A DNA stretch of 63,759 nt, the filler included. It is 14 parts of 14 records of this genome, joined end to end, with 100 filler letters (N's around TTAATTAATTAA, not from the genome) between each part and the next. Parts side by side here need not be neighbours in the genome. Positions count along the whole stretch, not along the records: positions 32,440 to 36,756 come from SRR15195285_1034; positions 36,857 to 40,220 come from SRR15195285_1035; positions 40,321 to 43,444 come from SRR15195285_1037; positions 43,545 to 50,001 come from SRR15195285_1041; 10 more parts are not named here. One strand, 5' to 3'. Shown here one piece after another: positions 32,440 through 44,081 of the stretch. The position numbers were made by a program, and so were the translations under genes. How positions within the stretch are numbered: the stretch's first letter is position 1; each line of letters starts with the position of its first letter. Below the pieces are notes generated by a model. It saw nothing but the letters and a program-made list of their open reading frames with translations, was not told the origin of the DNA and ran no database searches.

Positions 32440-35400
32440 GGAGCCGGAGCCGGAGCCGGAGCCGGCGCCTTCAAGAGTAGATGGTGACGGCGCAGCACAT
32501 CATCATCATCCCCAGTGGACTGTGCGACTGCATAAGGAAGATATACGGGCTTGCTGTGCATACAAAGAAAGCACGAGGGAGACTGGAAGCTGTTGGAAGG
32601 TAATTACGTGCAGTCAAGACAATTCAGTCAGAGTGAGTGATGTGGATGACATTGGCGCGCACGCAGATCCAGAACGAGAATTCCGAACAGGGTATAAAAA
32701 ACGAGACCCGACCGCAAGTACGCCAGAACACAGCACAGACAGAACATCCGATAGCAGGCGGACCAAGACGCCTGGGACAGAAAGTCGAACCAGAGGAAGT
32801 CTTGTCGAGGATATTTCTGTATACCATCAGTTTGAGTTGGGTCTAGGTAGCTCTCTGCAAGCCCATAGCAGAGCAGTGAACGCTTGCTGTGTGTTCGGAA
32901 GTCGTCAATCGTGGGACGATGTGGATAGTTATGAGCAGCTAACTGCGCAGATGCACGAACTGAACCCTACCAAAGTGCTGACGGCTTCCGATGACTGCAC
33001 ATTGCGAGTCTGGTCGCTGAAAGACGACACCACTGGAGTTAGACCGGGCATGTGCCTACAGGTTCTCGGTGGGCATGCCTCACCGATAACAACGTGTTGC
33101 GTGCGATTTGATGGGGCTCGTTGGACGGGCGTGTCGTGCTCACAAAGTGTCAACTCAGGTTCCGTGCTACGCGTCTGGGATCTTGGCCCCCCGACGAAAG
33201 TCGATGGCGTGTGCCATTCCGATGTGACGGAGATATCCACTGGAATGCGTGTAGGTCAAGTTGATGCATCCTGCATTGCTGCTGTACCCAGTGGCTTCAC
33301 GCATGGTACATTTTCGGTAGTTGTCGGAATGATGAACGGATACATCAAATTGCACGATCTGTCAAATTCTGGTAGTATCGCACCAGTGCAGCACATATGG
33401 GAATCTCGGGACAACGTGCCTGACGCTACTTGGATTGCGTGGCTTGTCAAGTGCATTCAACAAGAATCCCCGCACTTGTTGTGGCGAAAATTCAGATCGG
33501 GACTAAAGACAACTACCTTGATGCACGAGCTTGCTCGGCGTCAGCATTCTGGGCGTGGCCCAGTGGATCACACTTTGTCAAGAATCTTAGAACCGTTTGC
33601 TTCAGATCGACAGACTGCGTTGAGTCGTAACATGGAGGCCGAAAAGGTGATCGAATTGGAGGCAGGCAGGGATCAGCGCACAGCAGAGGTCCGCCAACGA
33701 GAAGCACGTAAGCTGAGGGAAGCTCGAAAGAATCGAGAGGCTGCGTTAGTTAGGGCACTTGCAACGATAGGACTCGCTTTCCGATCTGGCCACTGTGAAG
33801 AAGACTGTGTGCCAGTGAGCAAGACTGTTCTGGACGTAGCAGTAGAACTCGCAGAAATGGAAGAGTTTACCAGAGCGCTGCTTGATGACTATAAAGACGC
33901 TATGGTGGCCCGTTTACCAGTCGTCACTTTTCTCAGTGAAGCTGAGACTGTGAAAGCTCTCGCCGCGTTTCCAGACATGACCCAGCACTTCCTCCAAGTT
34001 TTACCGCTACGATCGAGTCCTGACCTTGCATCTGCGGACAAACATTTCGATTTCACGGGTCCCGACGTCAATATGGCAGTCCGTGGCGCAGACAACATAT
34101 GCCCACCACCTCCCGAGCACTGTCTCAGTAGCTTGAACCTGACTCAGATTGTTAAGGACGATCCGGCAGAACCAGAAGTTAGAATACATGGCCCGGGTGC
34201 AGAAACTGTTCTGATCTACTACGAAGAGCAAGGTTTGAAAATTTGCAAAAATGAATCGACAACTGAGGGTGCCGTCCGAGTGTTCCAGGATCATGATGGC
34301 TGGTATGCGCAGTGTATCAACCCAGATTTGCGCGACAGAGTTTTTGTTTCACGCTCCAAGGAACATCGGCCTGTCCCGCTTTATCCTGCTGAGTTGCGCC
34401 TAGAAACAGACGATCGTCTCTACGTACTTTCGTATGAAAATGTGGACACCAAACTTATTGCTTACGCGATGACGGGCCTTTTACCCGCCAGATCTGCGAA
34501 AGCCGATCGACTACAAAACGTTGAAGCCGTACTAGATGCGCATCTAGGTGCAAGACAAATTCACCATTTGTCTGAACGGCAACGTGATCGGCTGAGACAA
34601 TCACTGGGTCTCGAGGAGGAGAAAAGTGCAGAATTCAACGGGATATTGAAACAATTACCCGGCGGGGAAGCTGTGAAGCGCCCCAGCTTACCAAGTGAGA
34701 TCTGCATAACAACTTCACATGAAAAACGGGTGAGGTTCTGGGACAAGTACATTGAAGGTAGGCATTGGTCTAACGAAAACTGGTCAGCCGAAAGAGGAGC
34801 TGCTGACGTCTTCTGCGGCTGCGTGGAGAACGAACAGAAACGACAAGGAAAAATTCAGAAGGAGGCAGATGATGCTGCCTCGCTTGTTCGAGCGGAAGTA
34901 GTGCCGTTTGAGGGCTGTCGTGGAGAAATTCAATCGTCCGCTTCCAGCTCTAGCGATTCAATAGGCTTTCCGGGTCGGCTGCCGTTCTTCAATCTTCTGG
35001 AGACTGCAACAAAACATTGTGGCAAGGTTCAAAATCCCGGGATCTTTACGGCGCCCACCCTCAAAGCTGTGGTTCATCACAAGTGGCAAACTACATCGAG
35101 AGCTTTATTCCGAGCGCAAGTCTGGGGGTATGTCGCGTATGTTGTGCTTTTCACCTATTTGCTGCTCACAAATGACATGTACTCGGGGCTGCAAAGCTGG
35201 CAAGCCCACTTGGCATGGTACTGCTGCGTAATTTACTCCGTACTGCTAGCTAAGTTCGAGCTGCAGCAGCTACGTCTGATAATTATGCGAAGACGTCCAA
35301 TGCGGGACTACTTCATTGATGTCTACAATTTGATAGATATCTTTGGTGGAGTCGCTGCGATGGCTGCACTCGTGCAGATGGCGGCGAAATACACGCATTC

Positions 35401-36756
35401 AGACGTCGTTCAAGCCCTTGCTGTACTGTTGCGGGGAGTAAAGGGTGTGTATTTCCTACGTGGGAATCCCTCGACGGCGCCTCTCATCAACATGCTGCAC
35501 CAGATCGTCAGAAATATGGGCAGCTTTTTGAAAGTCCTCGTCATTGTGTTGCTTACGTGAGTTGGTTCCATTTCCCTCGGCCCGTTTCGTCCGATTCTCA
35601 TGGCGCCTGTGATTGGTTGCTGCTGGCAGATTCTCATTGGCGTTCTTCCTTCTAATTCGGGATCCTGATCATCTCGATGCGAACCTAGATTGGGTTGAGC
35701 CGCCGTCAGCTGTATTGCAAGTATACGATATGGCCTTGGGTGATTTCACTGTTGCTGAGTTCAAGAGTGCTCCTGAATCGCCATTGGTTGCTGTGCTACT
35801 GTTCGTACTCTTCATGTTTGTGGTGCCAATCGTGATGCTAAATGCCCTCATTGCCATCATGGTGCGTTCTTGTACGAACCGAAAACGCCCATCTACCATG
35901 CAGGCAGCCAGACATTCTAACCAGCTGTACACCTGTTCAGGGGGAGACCTTATCAGAAGAAAAAGAACATGCGGAACAGTCGAATTTGCTCGAACGAGCT
36001 GTTGTCATCTTGGACTTTGAATTCCTCATCGATACGCACAGACGCGTTTCGAACTCTACAAATGCCATTCAATCGTGGTGCAACGGCGGAAAGTGGGCAA
36101 CAGTGCAGAGAATGGTATATGTACTCGCTGCGTCGTGCGCGTGTACTTTTGCTGTCTTGTTTGTCGGACTTTCCGTCACACTTCTCCAGGCCCCTACAGG
36201 AAGCTCTTCTTCAGATTCTGATGAAATTCGCATGACCTTTCTCGATACGTTTGGAACGCGGTACCGGGATTGCACTCAGCTTGCGGCATCAGCGTGCATT
36301 ATGTCAGGTCTGTGGTATCACATGATGACATGGTGTCAGCACTGGGAGCGTACGAAACGTAATTTTCTTGTCCTCGCCGCGCCGGGTGGCTGGACTACAG
36401 TTTCGTTCGTTTTGGCTGTCGTCATGACCGTGTGCTGGTGCAATGTAGCGCACGACTGGACGCCTTGGGATCACTGGCATGATATCCTAATGGCCTTGGC
36501 GGCGAGCATCGCCTGGGTTCTAGCTGAAATCATCTTGCCTGAAAATCTACATGTACCCACGGATAGCAGCTGGTGGTGCTGGAGGCGCTGGTGGGCGCTG
36601 GCCGGGAAGATCCCTCACGACGAACAAGAGATATTACCATACCTACACGTATTGTCCCCACAGGAAGATGAGACAGTTACTGCCCCACACACAACTCATC
36701 TGAGAGCGTACTCTGACATGATGGAAGAGCACCTGACGGCTACCGCCGCCCACCTC
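32440..36756 (+). CDS. WD40-repeat plus TRP-like ion-transport channel protein, truncated at both contig ends
   Basis: WD40 motifs ITCSQDNSVRV, LTASDDCTLRVWSL, LGGHASPITTC and LRVWDL. Pre-S1 LKAVVHHKW; S1-S6 with DYFIDVYNLID, pore YDMALGDF and S6 FVVPIVMLNALIAIM|GET. Introns at 35557-35629 and 35862-35940. Confidence 0.85.
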
Positions 36757-37417
36757 NNNNNNNNNNNNNNNNNNNNNNNNNNNNNNNNNNNNNNNNNNNN
36801 TTAATTAATTAANNNNNNNNNNNNNNNNNNNNNNNNNNNNNNNNNNNNNNNNNNNNGACCCCCATTCTCGGTCGTCAGAAGCAAACGAGTGCCGATTCGG
36901 CCCTCTGTCATTGTCATTGTCATATAGTGATGATGAAAGTCAACGCTGTCTCCCGTCCGGAATTTCCTTGAAAAGCGGTTTCTGCGAAGCAAAAGCAGGG
37001 ACACAAGCCCAGTTCGACAAGTTCTGAAGTCGGTCACAGTTCCGAGTTGGGCAAACGTGCATGCGCGCGCGCGTGTCAAACGTACTAGTACAGTACATGT
37101 GTACACTGTAAATTGTGTACTGTGTACACTAGCTAGTATACGAATGCACGCCCGTAATCCAGGAACGATACACGGCACTTGTATACTAGATCTAGTACTA
37201 GTACTAGTACGTCATAGCCACATGCGGTACGCACATCGATATAATTGCCGCCGCGCACGCCGCTGTTCCTGTTGGCCGCGGCGTCGCGGCGGTCGCCCGA
37301 CCCCACTGGGGCACGCAGACGCTGGGAAGTTGTTGCTGTTGGGCCCCCGTGGTGGTCAGCAGGGGGCAGAGCACGTTCCCGACGGACGCCCCCCGCACGG
37401 GAGGGAGGGAGTGAGGG

Positions 37418-39567
37418 ATGGTGCTCTCGTTCGACTTGTCGCTGCGCGGTGCCGGCGTCTCGTCGCTGCTGATCGTCTTCGTGATGAACTTGATTGTGAC
37501 GCCGCAGCTGCTGGAGAGCTGGGAGCAGGGGATGCTCCGCGATAGCTTTCGCCGCCAGCTGCGATCGGGCCGGGGTGGGGGTGGGCAGAAGGACCTCGGG
37601 GAACCGTGGCAATGCGTCCAGACGGTCTGCGGAGGATTCACCTGGGACGACGCGGTTCAGACCTGCGCCCAGGTGGGGGCAGAGGTGTGCCAGGAAGCGC
37701 AGTTCAACAAGCTCACAGAGTCAGTCGCGGGAGAGGATCAAGCCGCCTGCATCGGGGACACCTTTGTGCAGTCGGCTGCATGCCCCACCGACGAGCGCAT
37801 GGTGATTACAAATTCCTCGTCGAGCTGCGTGAGCGCTACCACGCAAGTGAACCGCGTAGCGTGCTGCGCGGTGCAAGCCTGCATGGAGGGCGTCGGCCGT
37901 GACGACGACTGCTGCACCGCGGGAGATGGCGCATGCATGGACGGTTGTACGTTCGTCTGCTCGCATCTAGCTAAGCCCCGCCTGCCTGGTTGGATCGGGT
38001 CGGATTGTTGCCAGGCAGGAAAAGATCGTAGCTGACGCGCGCCTGTCGCTGCTGGGCTGCCCGTCGCCTTCAGATACTTATGTGGAGAAGTCGATGTCGA
38101 CAGACCCAGACACTTTTGGCTGCCCGGTGCACGCACGAGAAAACCCGACCTGGAACCTTGTTGGCACAGTCTGCGTACCGAACGATGCTGTGGACGAGGA
38201 TGTGGATGATGTGGAGTACGTGAACTTCGCCGACCCAAATTGGAAATGCGCAGGCCGCGACGATAAAGATGATGGTGCTGTTGCGATCTGGATCATGATG
38301 AATCTGTTCTTCGGTGTAGGATGGATTCCCATAGCGGCGATCTTCTGCTGCATCTTTCGAAACAAGAGCCAAAACACAGCGCCGTTCAATGGTGGGGGAG
38401 TGAAGAGCTTCCCACAGGCTGCGAAGGCACAGCCCGTCGCAGAAATGCAAGTCGTACAGATGCAATGCCCGGAGGGTGCCGTCCCAGGTCAAACAGTGCA
38501 GACAAATGTCAATGGTCAGCCGCTCAACGTCCAGATCCCTGCTGATGTCCAGCCTGGCGCCATGTTTCAGGTAAGGTCTGTTGGTCAATGCGTGCACAAC
38601 CGTTGCAATCGGCAGACCGCTCACGCAGTGCTGGCCTGTGTCTGCCTGCGGACGCGCGCAGGTCCAGGTGCCAATTATGCCACAGGCACCAGGCCCTGTG
38701 CTCAACCCTCTTGGGGCACCAGAGACTGCGTTTGACGACAGCACCATCGCCATGATGGGAGGACTGCACATCAATCAGGTCGTCGATGTCGCGGAGATGG
38801 TGACTGGCTGTGAAGCCAAGAACCGCTACACCTGCCACACGTGGTCGCCTGGGCAAGAACTGGAAGGCCCACAGGTGATGTTTATTCGTGAGGAAAGCGA
38901 TGGCTGCGAGCGGGTGTGCTGCAAGCAGCAGCGCCACCTCGCACTCTATGTCCATGAGGGACACAACCAGACTGGCAACGTCATCATGCAGATACACAAG
39001 TCGTTCGGACTGGCACAACTCTGCTGCTGCCGACCGGAGGTCATGATCTTCGACGGGCTCGGCAAAAAGATCGGCAACGTCGAAGATCCTTGGCATTGCT
39101 GCACGATGGACCAGCGCATCTTCGGCCCAGACGGCGAGCAAGTCTACGGGGCAGCGGGTTCAGTTTGCCAGCAGGGTATCTTTTGCCCTTGCCTCGGTGC
39201 GGTTGACTTCCAACTGACAGACGTGAACGGACAGCCAAACGATGGGTCGATCCAGAAGATCTTTGGCGGATGCGCTGAGATGATGGCGAAGGTCAACAAA
39301 TTCCGCATCGGTGAGCACAGCAACTATTCGAACATTGTAACTCCTGGCTCGCATCTTAGGAGAGATGAAGGCAAGATTGATAGGCTAATCAGAAAATCCA
39401 GTCTAACGATCGGAGCCACTTTCAACACCTGATCAACGTCGCTTACTTACTGGCTGCCCTGTGTGATATGCACTGTAGCTTTCCCGGCTGGGGCTACCGT
39501 CCAGCAAAAGATGGCTCTGATTGGTTGCACAATGCTCATTGACTTCGAGTACTTCGAGCGAAAGTAG
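37418..39567 (+). CDS. Phospholipid scramblase (PLSCR-like) with N-terminal Cys-rich ectodomain and TM segments (4 exons)
   Basis: Exons 37418-37946, 38074-38570, 38662-39310 and 39479-39567. Scramblase motifs EMVTGCEAKNRY, EESDGCERVCC, IGNVEDPW, IQKIFGG and FPAGATVQQKMALIGCTMLIDFEYFE*. Confidence 0.85.
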
Positions 39568-40668
39568 TTTGCAAGTAATTTGTGTGAAGATTACAGAGTT
39601 GCTTACGTTGGAGCGATGAGCAAAGCAGCCCGTCGGACAATCTGTAGTCGCGGCGAAGCGAAGAATGTGTTGTTTCAAACCACACCTGCAACAAACCATT
39701 GTCGCAAACATGCTTAACAACACCCACACCTCCATCGCTTACCCTAGCTACTTAGCTCTTTGGGACGGCAAGCATGATGCGCACGAGGTTAACTAGCGCT
39801 CGGAGGCGATTCCATGGGTAACTAAAGCGTTGAGTGCCAAAGTTCACCTACATGTACTTGGGTAGAATTTCGTCGCCGCCCAAAGGTCGCCCAGCTTTTG
39901 AATGCCAACGAGACGGTCGAAACCAGCAGCACCACACGTTGGACCACTGCATGTGACGGCTCGCCAGAGCCAGGCGGCTGGTGCTGGAGTGTGAGAGCGC
40001 GCGAAAACGGGGTTTAAACGCGCGCAACGGGCGCGAAGTGGCAAAGTTCACTTGGTACCGTATGGTATAATTTCCTTGCCAACAGGTAAAACGTGTACTA
40101 TACCCGGAAGGTATCGACCTGGAAGCTAGCGGTGCGCCACTCCCAGCGTCCCGTGCTCGCCGCTGGAGCCCAGCCAGTAGCCACCCACCACCTGCCTTGT
40201 CTCAGGACTCGGGGACAAGGNNNNNNNNNNNNNNNNNNNNNNNNNNNNNNNNNNNNNNNNNNNNTTAATTAATTAANNNNNNNNNNNNNNNNNNNNNNNN
40301 NNNNNNNNNNNNNNNNNNNNGGTGCGTGGTAGTGACACCGGGCATAAGGCGTCAGATCTAGGTTCGTGTCTCTGTGTGTGTTTTTGATTTTTCCAATAAA
40401 CTCCGGAGCTTGATTGATCTAGATCTAGCGGTGTAGTCGTCGCGCGGGACGGGTGCTATGATGATGTCATTCCACCGACCCCGGCCGGATTCACATTTGT
40501 AGCGCCGCCGCCGCCCGCGGCCTCGCTGGAGGCACGCGCGCGCGCGGGTGCGTCGCGGTCCGAGAGGCGCGTGGGACAGCTGGCTAGGTCCAGCAGATCC
40601 CTAGCTACGGGAGCGCGGAGCATTTGTCGCGGTCCGAGAGGGCCCTGGGCGCGGGGGACGCCTGCAGG

Positions 40669-43212
40669 ATGCCGATGCTTGTGGTTGTGCTGTTCGCGTT
40701 GCTCGAGCTGCCGCACGCGGTCGATGCCGCCAGTGGCCTGGGGATACTAGCGACTGGTGACTGGGGCGGAATTGGCACTCCGCCGTACTACAACGACGTG
40801 CAGATGGCGAACGCGAATGCGATGGCGGGCGTGATGGCCGATCCACTTACAGAGGTAGTGCCGAGCCTTGGGTTGCTCCTCGGTGACAACTTCTACAACC
40901 GCGGCATCGACTGTCTCAACGATCCGGAAGAGAACTGTGTCTCCGACAGCCACAGTCACCGGTTCGAAAGGACATTCGAGAACGTCTTCAGCCAGCCGGC
41001 GTTCGACGAGTTCCCCTTCTATACAGTGCTTGGTAACCATGACCACTATGGAAACGCTACAGCGCAGCTGGAGTACAGCACACAGAGGATGGGATCTGGC
41101 AGATGGCACTTCCCCGCAAAAAGCGTGGACGAATTGTTCTACTCGCTGCACAAATCGTTTGTGGACGAGGCGGGTGTTAATGTGACGGTGGATATATTCA
41201 TGATCGACACTGTCCAGTGGGCTGGTCTGAACGAAGAATGTCACCAGCCGTTGAACACCACGGATGAAGAGCTGCAGCTGCTGTGGGAAAGTCCACTAAC
41301 ACGGCCAATGGCTATGTCCTGGGCCGAGGCGCAAGATATGTGCACGCGTCGCGTCGGCTCAATCGCTCTTCCTATGGATGCGTGCTGTATCATTGAGAAG
41401 TATTGGGACTCCGTGCCAGTGCAAAACAATGTATCCGCATGGGGCGCCGCGAACGTGGGTCAAAACGCCTGCGACGGGCAAGAGGCTAGTTGGCCACATC
41501 TGGATAACGGGCTAGTTTGTGGCCAATGCCGTGTGCTTGTGAATGATTTCGACGGGCTGTTCCACGGCAGGTGCGATGAGTATTGTGCGTCCATCGGACG
41601 CACATGTACTGGCGCCTGGGAAGAGTTGGCTGACACATGCGCGGTGGAGTCGGTCCAGAGTTGCAGCGAGCCCATACCCGGGCACACTTCGGACGCTCTG
41701 TGTGAGTGTGGACAGTCACCACCACCACCGACGCCGTTCCCACACTGCGAGGACAACGATCAGTTTGTCATCGACCACGGTTGGGCCCCTGCTTGCTTTC
41801 CGTACGAGCTAAACTGGTGCCATTCCGAGGACACGGCGCGGGAATGCTGTGCTACCTGCACAGAAGTTAGCCCATGGTGCGCAGAGCATGGATTGGAAGA
41901 GGCCGCGTGGTCACTGCGGGCAAATTTGACGAGCCCCCTACTCACATTGCTTGGAACAGACTGCGAGGCGATCGTCCAAGCTGGCCAGTGCGAAGCGGAT
42001 TTGCATGATCTTTTCCCGTTAGCTGGAGCAGATCGACCAGTGGCTGGATCAATAGCGATGGATGTTGCCTGCCCTGTGTCGTGTGGGAAGTGCCCACGTT
42101 GGAATGGTGTGCACCGGCCTCCAAGGGCTACCGAGCTCCAAACGCGAGAGTGGACGTGTGACCATATCGGGCAGCCAAGCCCAGCGTTGTCAACGTCACC
42201 CTGGACAGGCTCAAGCTACAGTCTGGACTTTACCTGCCCCGAAACTGATGATCGGATCGGTGGCGCTGCCGAGAACGCTGCTACGTGGAGGCACACAGAG
42301 TTCGCTCAACACCAACGGGAGTGGTTGGAAGCGGAGCTTGGTGACTCCGAAGCTGATTGGAAAATCGTAGTCGGACACTATCCAGTCTATAGCGTTGCAG
42401 AGCATGGCCCTGTCCAGCAGCTGATTGAAGAGCTCAAGCCACTGATGGAAACTCATGGTGTAGCAATGTATCTTGACGGGCATGATCATAACGCACAGCA
42501 CATCAACGATGGCTCCGAAGTCGAGTACCTCGTGGTCGGCGCTGGCGCACCTGTCGACGCCAGTACGGCTAACGAGGACAAGATCCCAAGTGGTGCGCTA
42601 AAGTTTTACTGGGCCCGGCATACAGCAGAGCGCGAAGCTTGCCAAACGGATCCAGATTGTCCTTTCGACTCGAGCATCAAGGATGGCTCTTTTGCACACT
42701 TGACTTTCAGATCAAAAGATGAGGTAGAGGTAGAGCTGATATCGCACCGTGAGCCGCGTCTATCATCTTTTTCTCAAAACTCCTCTACACGCACGTGCGT
42801 GGTTTGGTATTGCCACCTATCGCCATCTCACAAAAGACTTTATGGTGTGCTTTGCGTGATTGTATTGGCGCTAGATGGTGAAGTTCTGTATACACTTACC
42901 AAACCAAACCCTCGCTACAATCGTGGCGCGAGCTACACCGCACTGGACCGTACACAACCTGACGCAGCGCAAAAGGTCTACGTGCCATTCAAACCTGCGA
43001 CCACGGCACCGCAATTCAACTCGACTAGCGAAGCCAATGGGTTGGGGTGGTTGATTGTGGTGCCATTGCTAACAATTGCAGTTGGTTGCTTTGCTTTCTT
43101 CAAGGCGGGATTTTGCCGACAATTGGTGGCGAAGCACCCAAAAGGAGGCGCATCATTGATGTATGAACCTAGTCAGAACATGCAAGAGACGATGACCGAC
43201 AGTGCGCTGTAG
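40669..43212 (+). CDS. Membrane-anchored purple/tartrate-resistant acid phosphatase (ACP5-like) with Cys-rich insertion
   Basis: Signal peptide; all five metal-binding motifs present (GDWG, GDNFY, GNHD, VVGH, GHDH); C-terminal TM LIVVPLLTIAVGCFAFF; probable in-frame intron ~42749-42874. Confidence 0.9.
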   Translation: MPMLVVVLFALLELPHAVDAASGLGILATGDWGGIGTPPYYNDVQMANANAMAGVMADPLTEVVPSLGLLLGDNFYNRGIDCLNDPEENCVSDSHSHRFERTFENVFSQPAFDEFPFYTVLGNHDHYGNATAQLEYSTQRMGSGRWHFPAKSVDELFYSLHKSFVDEAGVNVTVDIFMIDTVQWAGLNEECHQPLNTTDEELQLLWESPLTRPMAMSWAEAQDMCTRRVGSIALPMDACCIIEKYWDSVPVQNNVSAWGAANVGQNACDGQEASWPHLDNGLVCGQCRVLVNDFDGLFHGRCDEYCASIGRTCTGAWEELADTCAVESVQSCSEPIPGHTSDALCECGQSPPPPTPFPHCEDNDQFVIDHGWAPACFPYELNWCHSEDTARECCATCTEVSPWCAEHGLEEAAWSLRANLTSPLLTLLGTDCEAIVQAGQCEADLHDLFPLAGADRPVAGSIAMDVACPVSCGKCPRWNGVHRPPRATELQTREWTCDHIGQPSPALSTSPWTGSSYSLDFTCPETDDRIGGAAENAATWRHTEFAQHQREWLEAELGDSEADWKIVVGHYPVYSVAEHGPVQQLIEELKPLMETHGVAMYLDGHDHNAQHINDGSEVEYLVVGAGAPVDASTANEDKIPSGALKFYWARHTAEREACQTDPDCPFDSSIKDGSFAHLTFRSKDEVEVELISHREPRLSSFSQNSSTRTCVVWYCHLSPSHKRLYGVLCVIVLALDGEVLYTLTKPNPRYNRGASYTALDRTQPDAAQKVYVPFKPATTAPQFNSTSEANGLGWLIVVPLLTIAVGCFAFFKAGFCRQLVAKHPKGGASLMYEPSQNMQETMTDSAL

Positions 43213-44081
43213 CAAAATGCTCAATTCGTGAGAGGAAATAATCGGATAAATGATTTTTCATAAACCTCATTGACATAATGCTGCTCATGAGGCCTGACAC
43301 TGGGCACAAAGCTTTATGCTCGGTGTCAAGCGAGTCAGTTTGCATGATTCGCATGACTCGAGTGACGGCCGGCGCGCGGCGGCCGGTGACGGATGGCCGA
43401 AGGTGGCAGACTGTGTAGGCTGAGATAGTAATCATGTTTCACCANNNNNNNNNNNNNNNNNNNNNNNNNNNNNNNNNNNNNNNNNNNNTTAATTAATTAA
43501 NNNNNNNNNNNNNNNNNNNNNNNNNNNNNNNNNNNNNNNNNNNNTATCCTTTGCCTGCGTTGCATATCTACATCGTGGTAGAGAACCCGATACTCTGCCT
43601 AGTCCGATACTCTCACATCGTGCGAGAGTAAATCCGAATAGCAGGTAGGAGTGTTGCTTGGGGCTTGGTCGCACCCGAGGGCTAAACACTGGGCGAGGGG
43701 TGTCGGCTTCTCCACCCCAGAACACGCAGGCCAGATTTTGCGAACTTCTTATTTTTGGCCAAAATAGATCTGGCTGGGCTACAGTTTGTAAATCCACAGA
43801 GACAAATTTTCCTTAGACCGAATTTTCGTGGCTTCTCGACCCCAGAAAACACTCGACACACAGGCCAGATCGTTCACCCAGACGTTCGTGGGAAATTCAA
43901 GGGTGACCAGCACGTGGTCTGGTTGTTCCGTCTGGGGTATAAAGAACTCACTGAGTAATACTCCAGACCCCTCCGGCCCCTCAAGTGCTTGCTTGCTTTT
44001 TCGTGCACTAGTACTGAAAATCGCTCTCCTGACAACCACTCTCTGAATTGAATCGGCCGGATTTCCCACAGGGTTGAGGGG

